Shown piece after piece: positions 52,901-64,000 of a DNA stretch of 64,000 nt (within the stretch, counting starts at the first letter, position 1; the number at the start of each line of letters is the position of its first letter). The DNA is from Auanema rhodensis. Taxonomy: Eukaryota > Animalia > Nematoda. The stretch spans positions 9,672,001 to 9,736,000 of the forward strand of contig OZ059898.1 in assembly GCA_964057225.1 (NCBI GenBank), given 5' to 3'. The notes under the pieces are model-generated. The model was not told the DNA's origin, did not search any database, and saw nothing but the letters and a program-made list of their open reading frames with translations. The position numbers and the translations under genes are program-made.

Positions 52901-54620
52901 TGAAATTCCAACAAAAGTAAAGTAAAACTGTTAAAGCGAGTAAAACTGTTGAACGATTTGAAGACAATTGTCAGTTGAAGAAAAAAATTAAAGTTTAGCT
53001 CTCTCTACTATTAACTGATTATCGGCTAAAATATAGTAACAGTTTTTATTAAAAGTTTCCATGATTAAGATTAAACAAGGAAAAAAAATCAAAGAAAAAC
53101 ACTTCTTGTTTACTAATTTGATCATAACACTTGAAATGCCAACAAAAGTAAAGTAAAACTGTTAAAGCGAGTAAAACTGTTGAACAATTTGAAGACAATT
53201 GTAAGTTGAAGAAAAAAATTAAAGTTTAGCTCTCTCTACTATTACCTGAATGTCGGCTAAAATATGGTAACAGTTTTAATAAAAAGTTTCCATGATTAGG
53301 ATTAAACAAAAAAAAGAATTAAAGAGAAACACTTTTTGTTTACTTATTTGATTATAATACTTGAAATTCCAAAAACAGTAAAATAAAATTGAGAAAGCGA
53401 CAAAAACAGTTGAACGATTTGAAGACAATTGTAAGTTTAAGAAAAGAATTAAAGTTTAGCTTTGTCTACTATTAACTGATTATCGGCTGAAATATGGTGA
53501 CAGTTTTTTTTTAAAAGTTTTCATGATTAGGATTAAACAAAAAAAAGAATCAAAAAGAAACACTTCTTGTTTACTTATTTGATTATAATACTTGAAATTT
53601 CAAAAACAGTAGAATAAAATTGAGAAAGCGACAAAAACAGTTGAACGATTTGAAGAGAATTGTAAGTTTTAGAAAAGAATTAAAGTTTAGCTCTCTCTAC
53701 TATTAACTGATTATCGGCTAAAATATAGTAACAGTTTTTATTAAAAGTTTCCATGATTAAGATTAAACAAAGAAAAAAAATCAAAGAAAAACACTTCTTG
53801 TTTACTAATTTGATCATAACACTTGAAATGCCAACAAAAGTAAAGTAAAACTGTTAAAGCGAGTAAAACTGTTGAACAATTTGAAGACAATTGTAAGTTG
53901 AAGAAAAAAATTAAAGTTTAGCTCTCTCTACTATTAACTGAATGTCGGCTAAAATATGGTAACAGTTTTTATCAAAAGTTTCCATGATTAAGATTAAACA
54001 AAGAAAAAAAATCAAAAAGAAACACTTCTTGTTTACTTACTTGATTATAATACTTGAAATTCCAAAAACAGTAGAATAAAATAGAGAAAACGACAAAAAC
54101 AGTTGAACGATTTGAAGACAATTGTAAGTTTTAGAAAATAATTAAAAATTAGTTCTCTCTACTATTAACTGATTGTCGGCTAAAATATGGTAACAGTTTT
54201 TATAAAAAGGTTCCATGATTAGGACTAAACAAAAAAAAGAATCAAAAAGAAACACTTCTTGTTTACTTACTTGATTATAATACTTGAAATTCAAAAAAAA
54301 GTAAAAAACAATTGAGAAAGCGACATAAACAGTTGAACGATTTGAAGAGAATTGTAAGTTTCAGAAAAGAATTAAAGTTCAGCTATCTCTACTTTTAACT
54401 GATTAACGGCTAAAATAAGGTAACAGTTTTTATTGAAAGTTTCCGTGATTGAGATTAAACAAAGAAAAAAAAATCAAAGAGAAACACTTCTTGTTTACTT
54501 ATTTGATTATAACACTTGAAAATCCAACAAAAGTAAAATAAAACTGTGAAAGCGGGTAAAACTGTTGAACTAAAACAGTCTTTATAAAATATAAATGATA
54601 TATTTTTATAAAAGTGAAGT

Positions 54621-54691
54621 TGCATCGGCCGGGAATCGAACCCGGGTCACCCGCGTGGCAGGCGAGCATTCTACCACTGAACCACCGATGC
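54621..54691 (-). tRNA. tRNA-Gly(GCC), variable-loop variant (CGAC>TGAC)
   Basis: Plus strand gggtcacccgc (position 54649); stems intact. Confidence 0.94.
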
Positions 54692-55719
54692 TTCGAAAAT
54701 GTTAGATTGTTTCCGAAAAATTATGAAAAGTCAAGTTCTACTGATTTGAAGAGAATTGTAAGTTTTAGAAAATAATTAAAAATTAGTTCTCTCTACTATT
54801 AACTGATTAACGGCTAAAATAAGGTAACAGTTTTTATTGAAAGTTTCCGTGATTGAGATAACACAAAGAAAAAAAAATCAAAGAGAAACACTTCCTTCTT
54901 GTTTACTTATTTGATTATAACACTTGAAATTCCAACAAAAGTAAAGTAAAACTGTTAAAGCGAGTAAAACTGTTGAACGATTTGAAGAGAATTGTAAGTT
55001 TTAGAAAAGAATTAAAGTTTAGCTTTGTCTACTATTAACTGATTATCGGCTGAAATATGGTGACAGTTTTTTTTTAAAAGTTTTCATGATTAGGATTAAA
55101 CAAAAAAAAGAATCAAAAAGAAACACTTCTTGTTTACTTATTTGATTATAATACTTGAAATTCCAAAAACAGTAGAATAAAATTGAGAAAGCGACAAAAA
55201 CAGTTGAACGATTTGAAGAGAATTGTAAGTTTTAGAAAATAATTAAAAATTAGTTCTCTCTACTACTAACTGATTGTCGGCTAAAATATGGTAACAGTTT
55301 TTATAAAAAGTTTCCATGATTAGGATTAAACAAAAAAAGAATTAAAGAGAAACACTTTTTGTTTACTTATTTGATTATAATACTTGAAATTCCAAAAACA
55401 GTAGAATAAAATTGAGAAAGCGACAAAAACAGTTGAACGATTTGAAGAGAATTGTAAGTTTTAGAAAAGAATTAAAGTTCAGCTTTCTCTACTATTAACT
55501 GATTATCGGCTAAAATAAGGTAACAGTTTTTATTGAAAGTTTCCATGATTAAGATTAAACAAAGAAAAAAATCAAAGAGAAACACTTCTTGTTTACTAAT
55601 TTGATTATAACACTTGAAAATCCAACAAAAGTAAAAAAAAAACTGTGAAAGCGGGTAAAACTGTTGAACTATAACAGTCTTTATAAAATATAAATGATAT
55701 TTTTTTATAAAAGTGAAGT

Positions 55720-55790
55720 TGCATCGGCCGGGAATCGAACCCGGGTCGCCCGCGTGGCAGGCGAGCATTCTACCACTGAACCACCGATGC
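55720..55790 (-). tRNA. tRNA-Gly(GCC), intact
   Basis: Identical to the 71-nt consensus. Confidence 0.97.
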
Positions 55791-56353
55791 TTCGAAAATG
55801 TTAGATTGTTTCCGAAAAATTATGAAAAGTCAAGTTCTACTGATTTGAAGAGAATTGTAAGTTTTAGAAAATAATTAAAAATTAGTTCTCTCTACTATTA
55901 ACTGATTGTCGGCTAAAATATGGTAACAGTTTTTATAAAAAGGTTCCATGATTAGGACTAAACAAAAAAAAGAATCAAAAAGAAACACTTCTTGTTTACT
56001 TACTTGATTATAATACTTGAAATTCAAAAAAAAGTAAAAAACAATTGAGAAAGCGACATAAACAGTTGAACGATTTGAAGAGAATTGTAAGTTTCAGAAA
56101 AGAATTAAAGTTCAGCTATCTCTACTTTTAACTGATTAACGGCTAAAATAAGGTAACAGTTTTTATTGAAAGTTTCCGTGATTGAGATTAAACAAAGAAA
56201 AAAAAATCAAAGAGAAACACTTCTTGTTTACTTATTTGATTATAACACTTGAAAATCCAACAAAAGTAAAATAAAACTGTGAAAGCGGGTAAAACTGTTG
56301 AACTAAAACAGTCTTTATAAAATATAAATGATATATTTTTATAAAAGTGAAGT

Positions 56354-56424
56354 TGCATCGGCCGGGAATCGAACCCGGGTCACCCGCGTGGCAGGCGAGC
56401 ATTCTACCACTGAACCACCGATGC
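56354..56424 (-). tRNA. tRNA-Gly(GCC), variable-loop variant (CGAC>TGAC)
   Basis: Plus strand gggtcacccgc (position 56382). Confidence 0.94.
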
Positions 56425-57452
56425 TTCGAAAATGTTAGATTGTTTCCGAAAAATTATGAAAAGTCAAGTTCTACTGATTTGAAGAGAATTGTAAGTTTTA
56501 GAAAATAATTAAAAATTAGTTCTCTCTACTATTAACTGATTAACGGCTAAAATAAGGTAACAGTTTTTATTGAAAGTTTCCGTGATTGAGATAACACAAA
56601 GAAAAAAAAATCAAAGAGAAACACTTCCTTCTTGTTTACTTATTTGATTATAACACTTGAAATTCCAACAAAAGTAAAGTAAAACTGTTAAAGCGAGTAA
56701 AACTGTTGAACGATTTGAAGAGAATTGTAAGTTTTAGAAAAGAATTAAAGTTTAGCTTTGTCTACTATTAACTGATTATCGGCTGAAATATGGTGACAGT
56801 TTTTTTTTAAAAGTTTTCATGATTAGGATTAAACAAAAAAAAGAATCAAAAAGAAACACTTCTTGTTTACTTATTTGATTATAATACTTGAAATTCCAAA
56901 AACAGTAGAATAAAATTGAGAAAGCGACAAAAACAGTTGAACGATTTGAAGAGAATTGTAAGTTTTAGAAAATAATTAAAAATTAGTTCTCTCTACTACT
57001 AACTGATTGTCGGCTAAAATATGGTAACAGTTTTTATAAAAAGTTTCCATGATTAGGATTAAACAAAAAAAGAATTAAAGAGAAACACTTTTTGTTTACT
57101 TATTTGATTATAATACTTGAAATTCCAAAAACAGTAGAATAAAATTGAGAAAGCGACAAAAACAGTTGAACGATTTGAAGAGAATTGTAAGTTTTAGAAA
57201 AGAATTAAAGTTCAGCTTTCTCTACTATTAACTGATTATCGGCTAAAATAAGGTAACAGTTTTTATTGAAAGTTTCCATGATTAAGATTAAACAAAGAAA
57301 AAAATCAAAGAGAAACACTTCTTGTTTACTAATTTGATTATAACACTTGAAAATCCAACAAAAGTAAAAAAAAAACTGTGAAAGCGGGTAAAACTGTTGA
57401 ACTATAACAGTCTTTATAAAATATAAATGATATTTTTTTATAAAAGTGAAGT

Positions 57453-57523
57453 TGCATCGGCCGGGAATCGAACCCGGGTCGCCCGCGTGGCAGGCGAGCA
57501 TTCTACCACTGAACCACCGATGC
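57453..57523 (-). tRNA. tRNA-Gly(GCC), intact
   Basis: Identical to the 71-nt consensus. Confidence 0.97.
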
Positions 57524-58087
57524 TTCGAAAATGTTAGATTGTTTCCGAAAAATTATGAAAAGTCAAGTTCTACTGATTTGAAGAGAATTGTAAGTTTTAG
57601 AAAATAATTAAAAATTAGTTCTCTCTACTATTAACTGATTGTCGGCTAAAATATGGTAACAGTTTTAATAAAAAGTTTCCATGATTAGGATTAAACAAAA
57701 AAAAAGAATTAAAGAGAAACACTTTTTGTTTACTTACTTGATTATAATACTTGAAATTCAAAAAAAAGTAAAAAACAATTGAGAAAGCGACATAAACAGT
57801 TGAACGATTTGAAGAGAATTGTAAGTTTCAGAAAAGAATTAAAGTTCAGCTATCTCTACTTTTAACTGATTAACGGCTAAAATAAGGTAACAGTTTTTAT
57901 TGAAAGTTTCCGTGATTGAGATTAAACAAAGAAAAAAAAATCAAAGAGAAACACTTCTTGTTTACTTATTTGATTATAACACTTGAAAATCCAACAAAAG
58001 TAAAATAAAACTGTGAAAGCGGGTAAAACTGTTGAACTAAAACAGTCTTTATAAAATATAAATGATATATTTTTATAAAAGTGAAGT

Positions 58088-58158
58088 TGCATCGGCCGGG
58101 AATCGAACCCGGGTCGCCCGCGTGGCAGGCGAGCATTCTACCACTGAACCACCGATGC
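58088..58158 (-). tRNA. tRNA-Gly(GCC), intact
   Basis: Identical to the 71-nt consensus. Confidence 0.97.
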
Positions 58159-59619
58159 TTCGAAAATGTTAGATTGTTTCCGAAAAATTATGAAAAGTCA
58201 AGTTCTACTGATTTGAAGAGAATTGTAAGTTTTAGAAAATAATTAAAAATTAGTTCTCTCTACTATTTACTGATTGTCAGCTATAATATGGTAACAGTTT
58301 TTATAAAAAGTTTCCATGATTAGGATTAAACAAAAAAAAGAATTAAAGAGAAACACTTTTTGTTTACTTATTTGATTATAATACTTGAATTTCCAAAAAC
58401 AGTAGAATAAAATTGAGAAAGCGACAAAAACAGTTGAACGATTTGAAGAGAATTGTAAGTTTTAGAAAAGAATTAAAGTTCAGCTATCTCTACTATTAAC
58501 TGATTAACGGCTAAAATAAGGTAACAGTTTTTATTGAAAGTTTCCGTGATTGAGATAACACAAAGAAAAAAAAATCAAAGAGAAACACTTCCTTCTTGTT
58601 TACTTATTTGATTATAACACTTGAAATTCCAACAAAAGTAAAGTAAAACTGTTAAAGCGAGTAAAACTGTTGAACGATTTGAAGAGAATTGTAAGTTTTA
58701 GAAAAGAATTAAAGTTTAGCTTTGTCTACTATTAACTGATTATCGGCTGAAATATGGTGACAGTTTTTTTTTAAAAGTTTTCATGATTAGGATTAAACAA
58801 AAAAAAGAATCAAAAAGAAACACTTCTTGTTTACTTATTTGATTATAATACTTGAAATTCCAAAAACAGTAGAATAAAATTGAGAAAGCGACAAAAACAG
58901 TTGAACGATTTGAAGAGAATTGTAAGTTTTAGAAAATAATTAAAGTTCAGCTATCTCTACTTTTAACTGATTAACGGCTAAAATAAGGTAACAGTTTTTA
59001 TTGAAAGTTTCCGTGATTGAGATTAAACAAAGAAAAAAAATCAAAGAAAAACACTTCTTGTTTACTAATTTGATCATAACACTTGAAATGCCAACAAAAG
59101 TAAAGTAAAACTGTTAAAGCGAGTAAAACTGTTGAACAATTTGAAGACAATTGTAAGTTTAAGAAAAGAATTAAAGTTTAGCTTTGTCTACTATTAACTG
59201 AATGTCGGCTAAAATATGGTAACAGTTTTTATCAAAAGTTTCCATGATTAAGATTAAACAAAGAAAAAAAATCAAAAAGAAACACTTCTTGTTTACTTAC
59301 TTGATTATAATACTTGAAATTCCAAAAACAGTAGAATAAAATTGAGAAAGCGACAAAAACAGTTGAACGATTTGAAGAGAATTGTAAGTTGAAGAAAAAA
59401 TTAAAGTTTAGCTCTCTCTACTATTAACTGAATGTCGGCTAAAATATAGTAACAGTTTTTATTAAAAGTTTCCATGATTAGGACTAAACAAAAAAAAGAA
59501 TCAAAAAGAAACACTTCTTGTTTACTTACTTGATTATAATACTTGAAATTCAAAAAAAAGTAAAAAACAATTGAGAAAGCGACATAAACAGTTGAACGAT
59601 TTGAAGAGAATTGTAAGTT

Positions 59620-62600
59620 TTAGAAAAGAATTAAAGTTCAGCTATCTCTACTATTAACTGACTATCGGCTAAAATAAGGTAACAGTTTTTATTGAAAGTT
59701 TCCATGGTTAAGATTAAACAAAGAAAAAAATCAGAGAGAAACACTTCTTGTTTACTTACTTGATTATAATACTTGAAATGCCAACAAAAGTAAAGTAAAA
59801 CTGTTAAAGCGAGTAAAACTGTTGAACAATTTGAAGACAATTGTAAGTTGAAGAAAAAAATTAAAGTTTAGCTTTGTCTACTATTAACTGAATGTCGGCT
59901 AAAATATGGTAACAGTTTTTATCAAAAGTTTCCATGATTAAGATTAAACAAAGAAAAAAATCAGAGAGAAACACTTCTTGTTTACTTACTTGATTATAAT
60001 ACTTGAAATTCCAAAAACAGTAAAATAAAATTGAGAAAGCGACAAAAACAGTTGAACGATTTGAAGACAATTGTAAGTTTTAGAAAATAATTAAAAATTA
60101 GTTCTCTCTACTATTAACTGATTGTCGGCTAAAATATAGTAACAGTTTTTATTAAAAGTTTCCATGATTAAGATTAAACAAAGAAAAAAATCAGAGAGAA
60201 ACACTTCTTGTTTACTTACTTGATTATAATACTTGAAATTCCAAAAACAGTAGAATAAAATTGAGAAAGCGACAAAAACAGTTGAACGATTTGAAGAGAA
60301 TTGTAAGTTGAAGAAAAAAATTAAAGTTTAGCTCTCTCTACTATTAACTGAATGTCGGCTAAAATATAGTAACAGTTTTTATTAAAAGTTTCCATGATTA
60401 AGATTAAACAAAGAAAAAAATCAGAGAGAAACACTTCTTGTTTACTTACTTGATTATAATACTTGAAATTCCAAAAACAGTAAAATAAAATTGAGAAAGC
60501 GACAAAAACAGTTGAACGATTTGAAGACAATTGTAAGTTTTAGAAAATAATTAAAAATTAGTTCTCTCTACTATTAACTGATTGTCGGCTAAAATATGGT
60601 AACAGTTTTTATAAAAAGGTTCCATGATTAGGACTAAACAAAAAAAAGAATCAAAAAGAAACACTTCTTGTTTACTTACTTGATTATAATACTTGAAATT
60701 CCAAAAACAGTAGAATAAAATAGAGAAAACGACAAAAACAGTTGAACGATTTGAAGACAATTGTAAGTTTTAGAAAATAATTAAAAATTAGTTCTCTCTA
60801 CTATTAACTGATTGTCGGCTAAAATATGGTAACAGTTTTTATAAAAAGGTTCCATGATTAGGACTAAACAAAAAAAAGAATCAAAAAGAAACACTTCTTG
60901 TTTACTTACTTGATTATAATACTTGAAATTCAAAAAAAAGTAAAAAACAATTGAGAAAGCGACATAAACAGTTGAACGATTTGAAGAGAATTGTAAGTTT
61001 CAGAAAAGAATTAAAGTTCAGCTATCTCTACTTTTAACTGATTAACGGCTAAAATAAGGTAACAGTTTTTATTGAAAGTTTCCGTGATTGAGATTAAACA
61101 AAGAAAAAAAAATCAAAGAGAAACACTTCTTGTTTACTTATTTGATTATAACACTTGAAAATCCAACAAAAGTAAAATAAAACTGTGAAAGCGGGTAAAA
61201 CTGTTGAACTAAAACAGTCTTCATAAAATATAAATGATATATTTTTATAAAAGTGAAGTTGCATCGGCCGGGAATCGAACCCGGGTCGCCCGCGTGGCAG
61301 GCGAGCATTCTACCACTGAACCACCGATGCTTCGAAAATGTTAGATTGTTTCCGAAAAATTATGAAAAGTCAAGTTCTACTGATTTGAAGAGAATTGTAA
61401 GTTTTAGAAAATAATTAAAAATTAGTTCTCTCTACTATTTACTGATTGTCAGCTAAAATATGGTAACAGTTTTTATAAAAAGTTTCCATGATTAGGATTA
61501 AACAAAAAAAAGAATTAAAGAGAAACACTTTTTGTTTACTTATTTGATTATAATACTTGAATTTCCAAAAACAGTAGAATAAAATTGAGAAAGCGACAAA
61601 AACAGTTGAACGATTTGAAGAGAATTGTAAGTTTTAGAAAAGAATTAAAGTTCAGCTATCTCTACTATTAACTGATTAACGGCTAAAATAAGGTAACAGT
61701 TTTTATTGAAAGTTTCCGTGATTGAGATAACACAAAGAAAAAAAAATCAAAGAGAAACACTTCCTTCTTGTTTACTTATTTGATTATAACACTTGAAATT
61801 CCAACAAAACTAAAGTAAAACTGTTAAAGCGAGTAAAACTGTTGAACGATTTGGAGACAATTGTAAGTTTAAGAAAAGAATTAAAGTTTAGCTTTGTCTA
61901 CTATTAACTGATTATCGGCTGAAATATGGTGACAGTTTTTTTTTAAAAGTTTTCATGATTAGGATTAAACAAAAAAAAGAATCAAAAAGAAACACTTCTT
62001 GTTTACTTATTTGATTATAATACTTGAAATTCCAAAAACAGTAGAATAAAATTGAGAAAGCGACAAAAACAGTTGAACGATTTGAAGAGAATTGTAAGTT
62101 TTAGAAAATAATTAAAAATTAGTTCTCTCTACTATTAACTGATTGTCGGCTAAAATATGGTAACAGTTTTTATAAAAAGTTTCCATGATTAGGATTAAAC
62201 AAAAAAAAGAATTAAAGAGAAACACTTTTTGTTTACTTATTTGATTATAATACTTGAAATTCCAAAAACAGTAGAATAAAATTGAGAAAGCGACAAAAAC
62301 AGTTGAACGATTTGAAGAGAATTGTAAGTTTTAGAAAATAATTAAAAATTAGTTCTCTCTACTATTAACTGATTGTCGGCTAAAATATGGTAACAGTTTT
62401 TATAAAAAGGTTCCATGATTAGGACTAAACAAAAAAAAGAATCAAAAAGAAACACTTCTTGTTTACTTACTTGATTATAATACTTGAAATTCCAAAAACA
62501 GTAAAATAAAATTGAGAAAGCGACAAAAACAGTTGAACGATTTGAAGACAATTGTAAGTTTTAGAAAAGAATTAAAGTTCAGCTATCTCTACTATTAACT

Positions 62601-64000
62601 GACTATCGGCTAAAATAAGGTAACAGTTTTTATTGAAAGTTTCCATGATTAAGATTAAACAAAGAAAAAAATCAGAGAGAAACACTTCTTGTTTACTTAC
62701 TTGATTATAATACTTGAAATGCCAACAAAAGTAAAGTAAAACTGTTAAAGCGAGTAAAACTGTTGAACAATTTGAAGACAATTGTAAGTTTAAGAAAAGA
62801 ATTAAAGTTTAGCTTTGTCTACTATTAACTGAATGTCGGCTAAAATATGGTAACAGTTTTTATCAAAAGTTTCCATGATTAAGATTAAACAAAGAAAAAA
62901 AATCAAAAAGAAACACTTCTTGTTTACTTACTTGATTATAATACTTGAAATTCCAAAAACAGTAGAATAAAATTGAGAAAGCGACAAAAACAGTTGAACG
63001 ATTTGAAGAGAATTGTAAGTTGAAGAAAAAATTAAAGTTTAGCTCTCTCTACTATTAACTGAATGTCGGCTAAAATATAGTAACAGTTTTTATTAAAAGT
63101 TTCCATGATTAAGATTAAACAAAGAAAAAAAATCAAAGAAAAACACTTCTTGTTTACTAATTTGATCATAACACTTGAAATGCCAACAAAAGTAAAGTAA
63201 AACTGTTAAAGCGAGTAAAACTGTTGAACAATTTGAAGACAATTGTAAGTTGAAGAAAAAAATTAAAGTTTAGCTCTCTCTACTATTAACTGAATGTCGG
63301 CTAAAATATGGTAACAGTTTTTATCAAAAGTTTCCATGATTAAGATTGAACAAAGAAAAAAAATCAAAAAGAAACACTTCTTGTTTACTTACTTGATTAT
63401 AATACTTGAAATTCCAAAAACAGTAGAATAAAATAGAGAAAACGACAAAAACAGTTGAACGATTTGAAGACAATTGTAAGTTTTAGAAAATAATTAAAAA
63501 TTAGTTCTCTCTACTATTAACTGATTGTCGGCTAAAATATGGTAACAGTTTTTATAAAAAGGTTCCATGATTAGGACTAAACAAAAAAAAGAATCAAAAA
63601 GAAACACTTCTTGTTTACTTACTTGATTATAATACTTGAAATTCAAAAAAAAGTAAAAAACAATTGAGAAAGCGACATAAACAGTTGAAAGATTTGAAGA
63701 GAATTGTAAGTTTCAGAAAAGAATTAAAGTTCAGCTATCTCTACTTTTAACTGATTAACGGCTAAAATAAGGTAACAGTTTTTATTGAAAGTTTCCGTGA
63801 TTGAGATTAAACAAAAAAAAAAATCAAAGAGAAACACTTCTTGTTTACTTACTTGATTATAATACTTGAAATTCCAAAAACAGTAGAATAAAATAGAGAA
63901 AACGACAAAAACAGTTGAACGATTTGAAGACAATTGTAAGTTTTAGAAAATAATTAAAAATTAGTTCTCTCTACTATTAACTGATTGTCGGCTAAAATAT
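59620..64000. repeat. Non-adjacent copy of ~41850-46230 (offset 17773 bp)
   Basis: ORF pairs 41858/59631, 44569/62342 and 45951/63724 and tRNAs 43487/61260 are offset by 17773; private variant ttggagacaa at ~44080 and ~61853. Confidence 0.88.
61260..61330 (-). tRNA. tRNA-Gly(GCC), intact
   Basis: Identical to the 71-nt consensus. Confidence 0.97.

Larger units (their letters stand above)
54130..57650. repeat. Tandem 1733-bp duplication (6 monomers + 2 tRNAs), boundaries approximate
   Basis: tRNAs 54621/56354 (both variable-loop variant) and 55720/57453 are offset by 1733; private variant ctactactaac in both copies. Confidence 0.88.
1..64000. repeat. AT-rich tandem satellite array (~230-231-bp monomer, ~254 copies) with interspersed tRNA-Gly cassettes; runs to both window ends
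   Basis: Motifs such as gatttgaaga(c/g)aattgtaag, ctactattaactga, tttccatgatta and gaaacactt recur every ~230 bp from base 1 to 64000. Spurious ORFs recur at 230-231-bp steps (e.g. 36147, 36377; 36837, 37067). Confidence 0.99.

Noticed and set aside
759-61330. CRISPR-like repeat/spacer interpretation
   Set aside because: The recurring element is a tRNA gene, and the intervening DNA is multi-copy satellite of 0.5-5.6 kb rather than unique short spacers. No cas genes are present.
542-63933. The many 60-98 aa ORFs (MSSNRSTV.., MLACHAGD.., MVECSPAT..)
   Set aside because: They are translations of the satellite monomer or of the tRNA plus flank. They are F/L/I/K-rich from AT bias, open or close with homopolymer length, and resemble no protein family I recognise.
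1-64000. Firm calls of centromere identity or species
   Set aside because: Satellite organisation alone does not show centromere function. The similarity to invertebrate tRNA-Gly(GCC) is from recall and cannot identify the organism.

Overview
The whole 64-kb window is one uninterrupted, very AT-rich, head-to-tail tandem array of a ~230-231-bp satellite monomer (about 254 monomers by arithmetic). A ~172-bp cassette sits at one fixed position in 32 of the monomers, always in the same orientation. The cassette is ~50 bp of 3' flank with a T4 Pol III terminator, a eukaryotic 71-nt tRNA-Gly(GCC) gene on the minus strand, and ~51 bp of 5' flank. Of the 32 copies, 16 are consensus-intact, 6 carry single substitutions (3 T-stem, 2 variable-loop, 1 at G1), and 10 share one identical 25-bp deletion that removes the T-arm/B-box but keeps both acceptor-stem strands. 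Successive tRNAs are separated by a whole number of monomers (2-24). Monomer subtypes suggest an ancestral 7-monomer-plus-tRNA higher-order repeat reshuffled by unequal crossing-over, with local duplications of 1475, ~1560, 1733, 2478 and 5711 bp and long-range duplications offset by 15566 and 17773 bp. The tRNA has no encoded CCA and, from recall, resembles invertebrate-animal tRNA-Gly(GCC). No protein-coding gene is supported; all listed ORFs are repeat artefacts.
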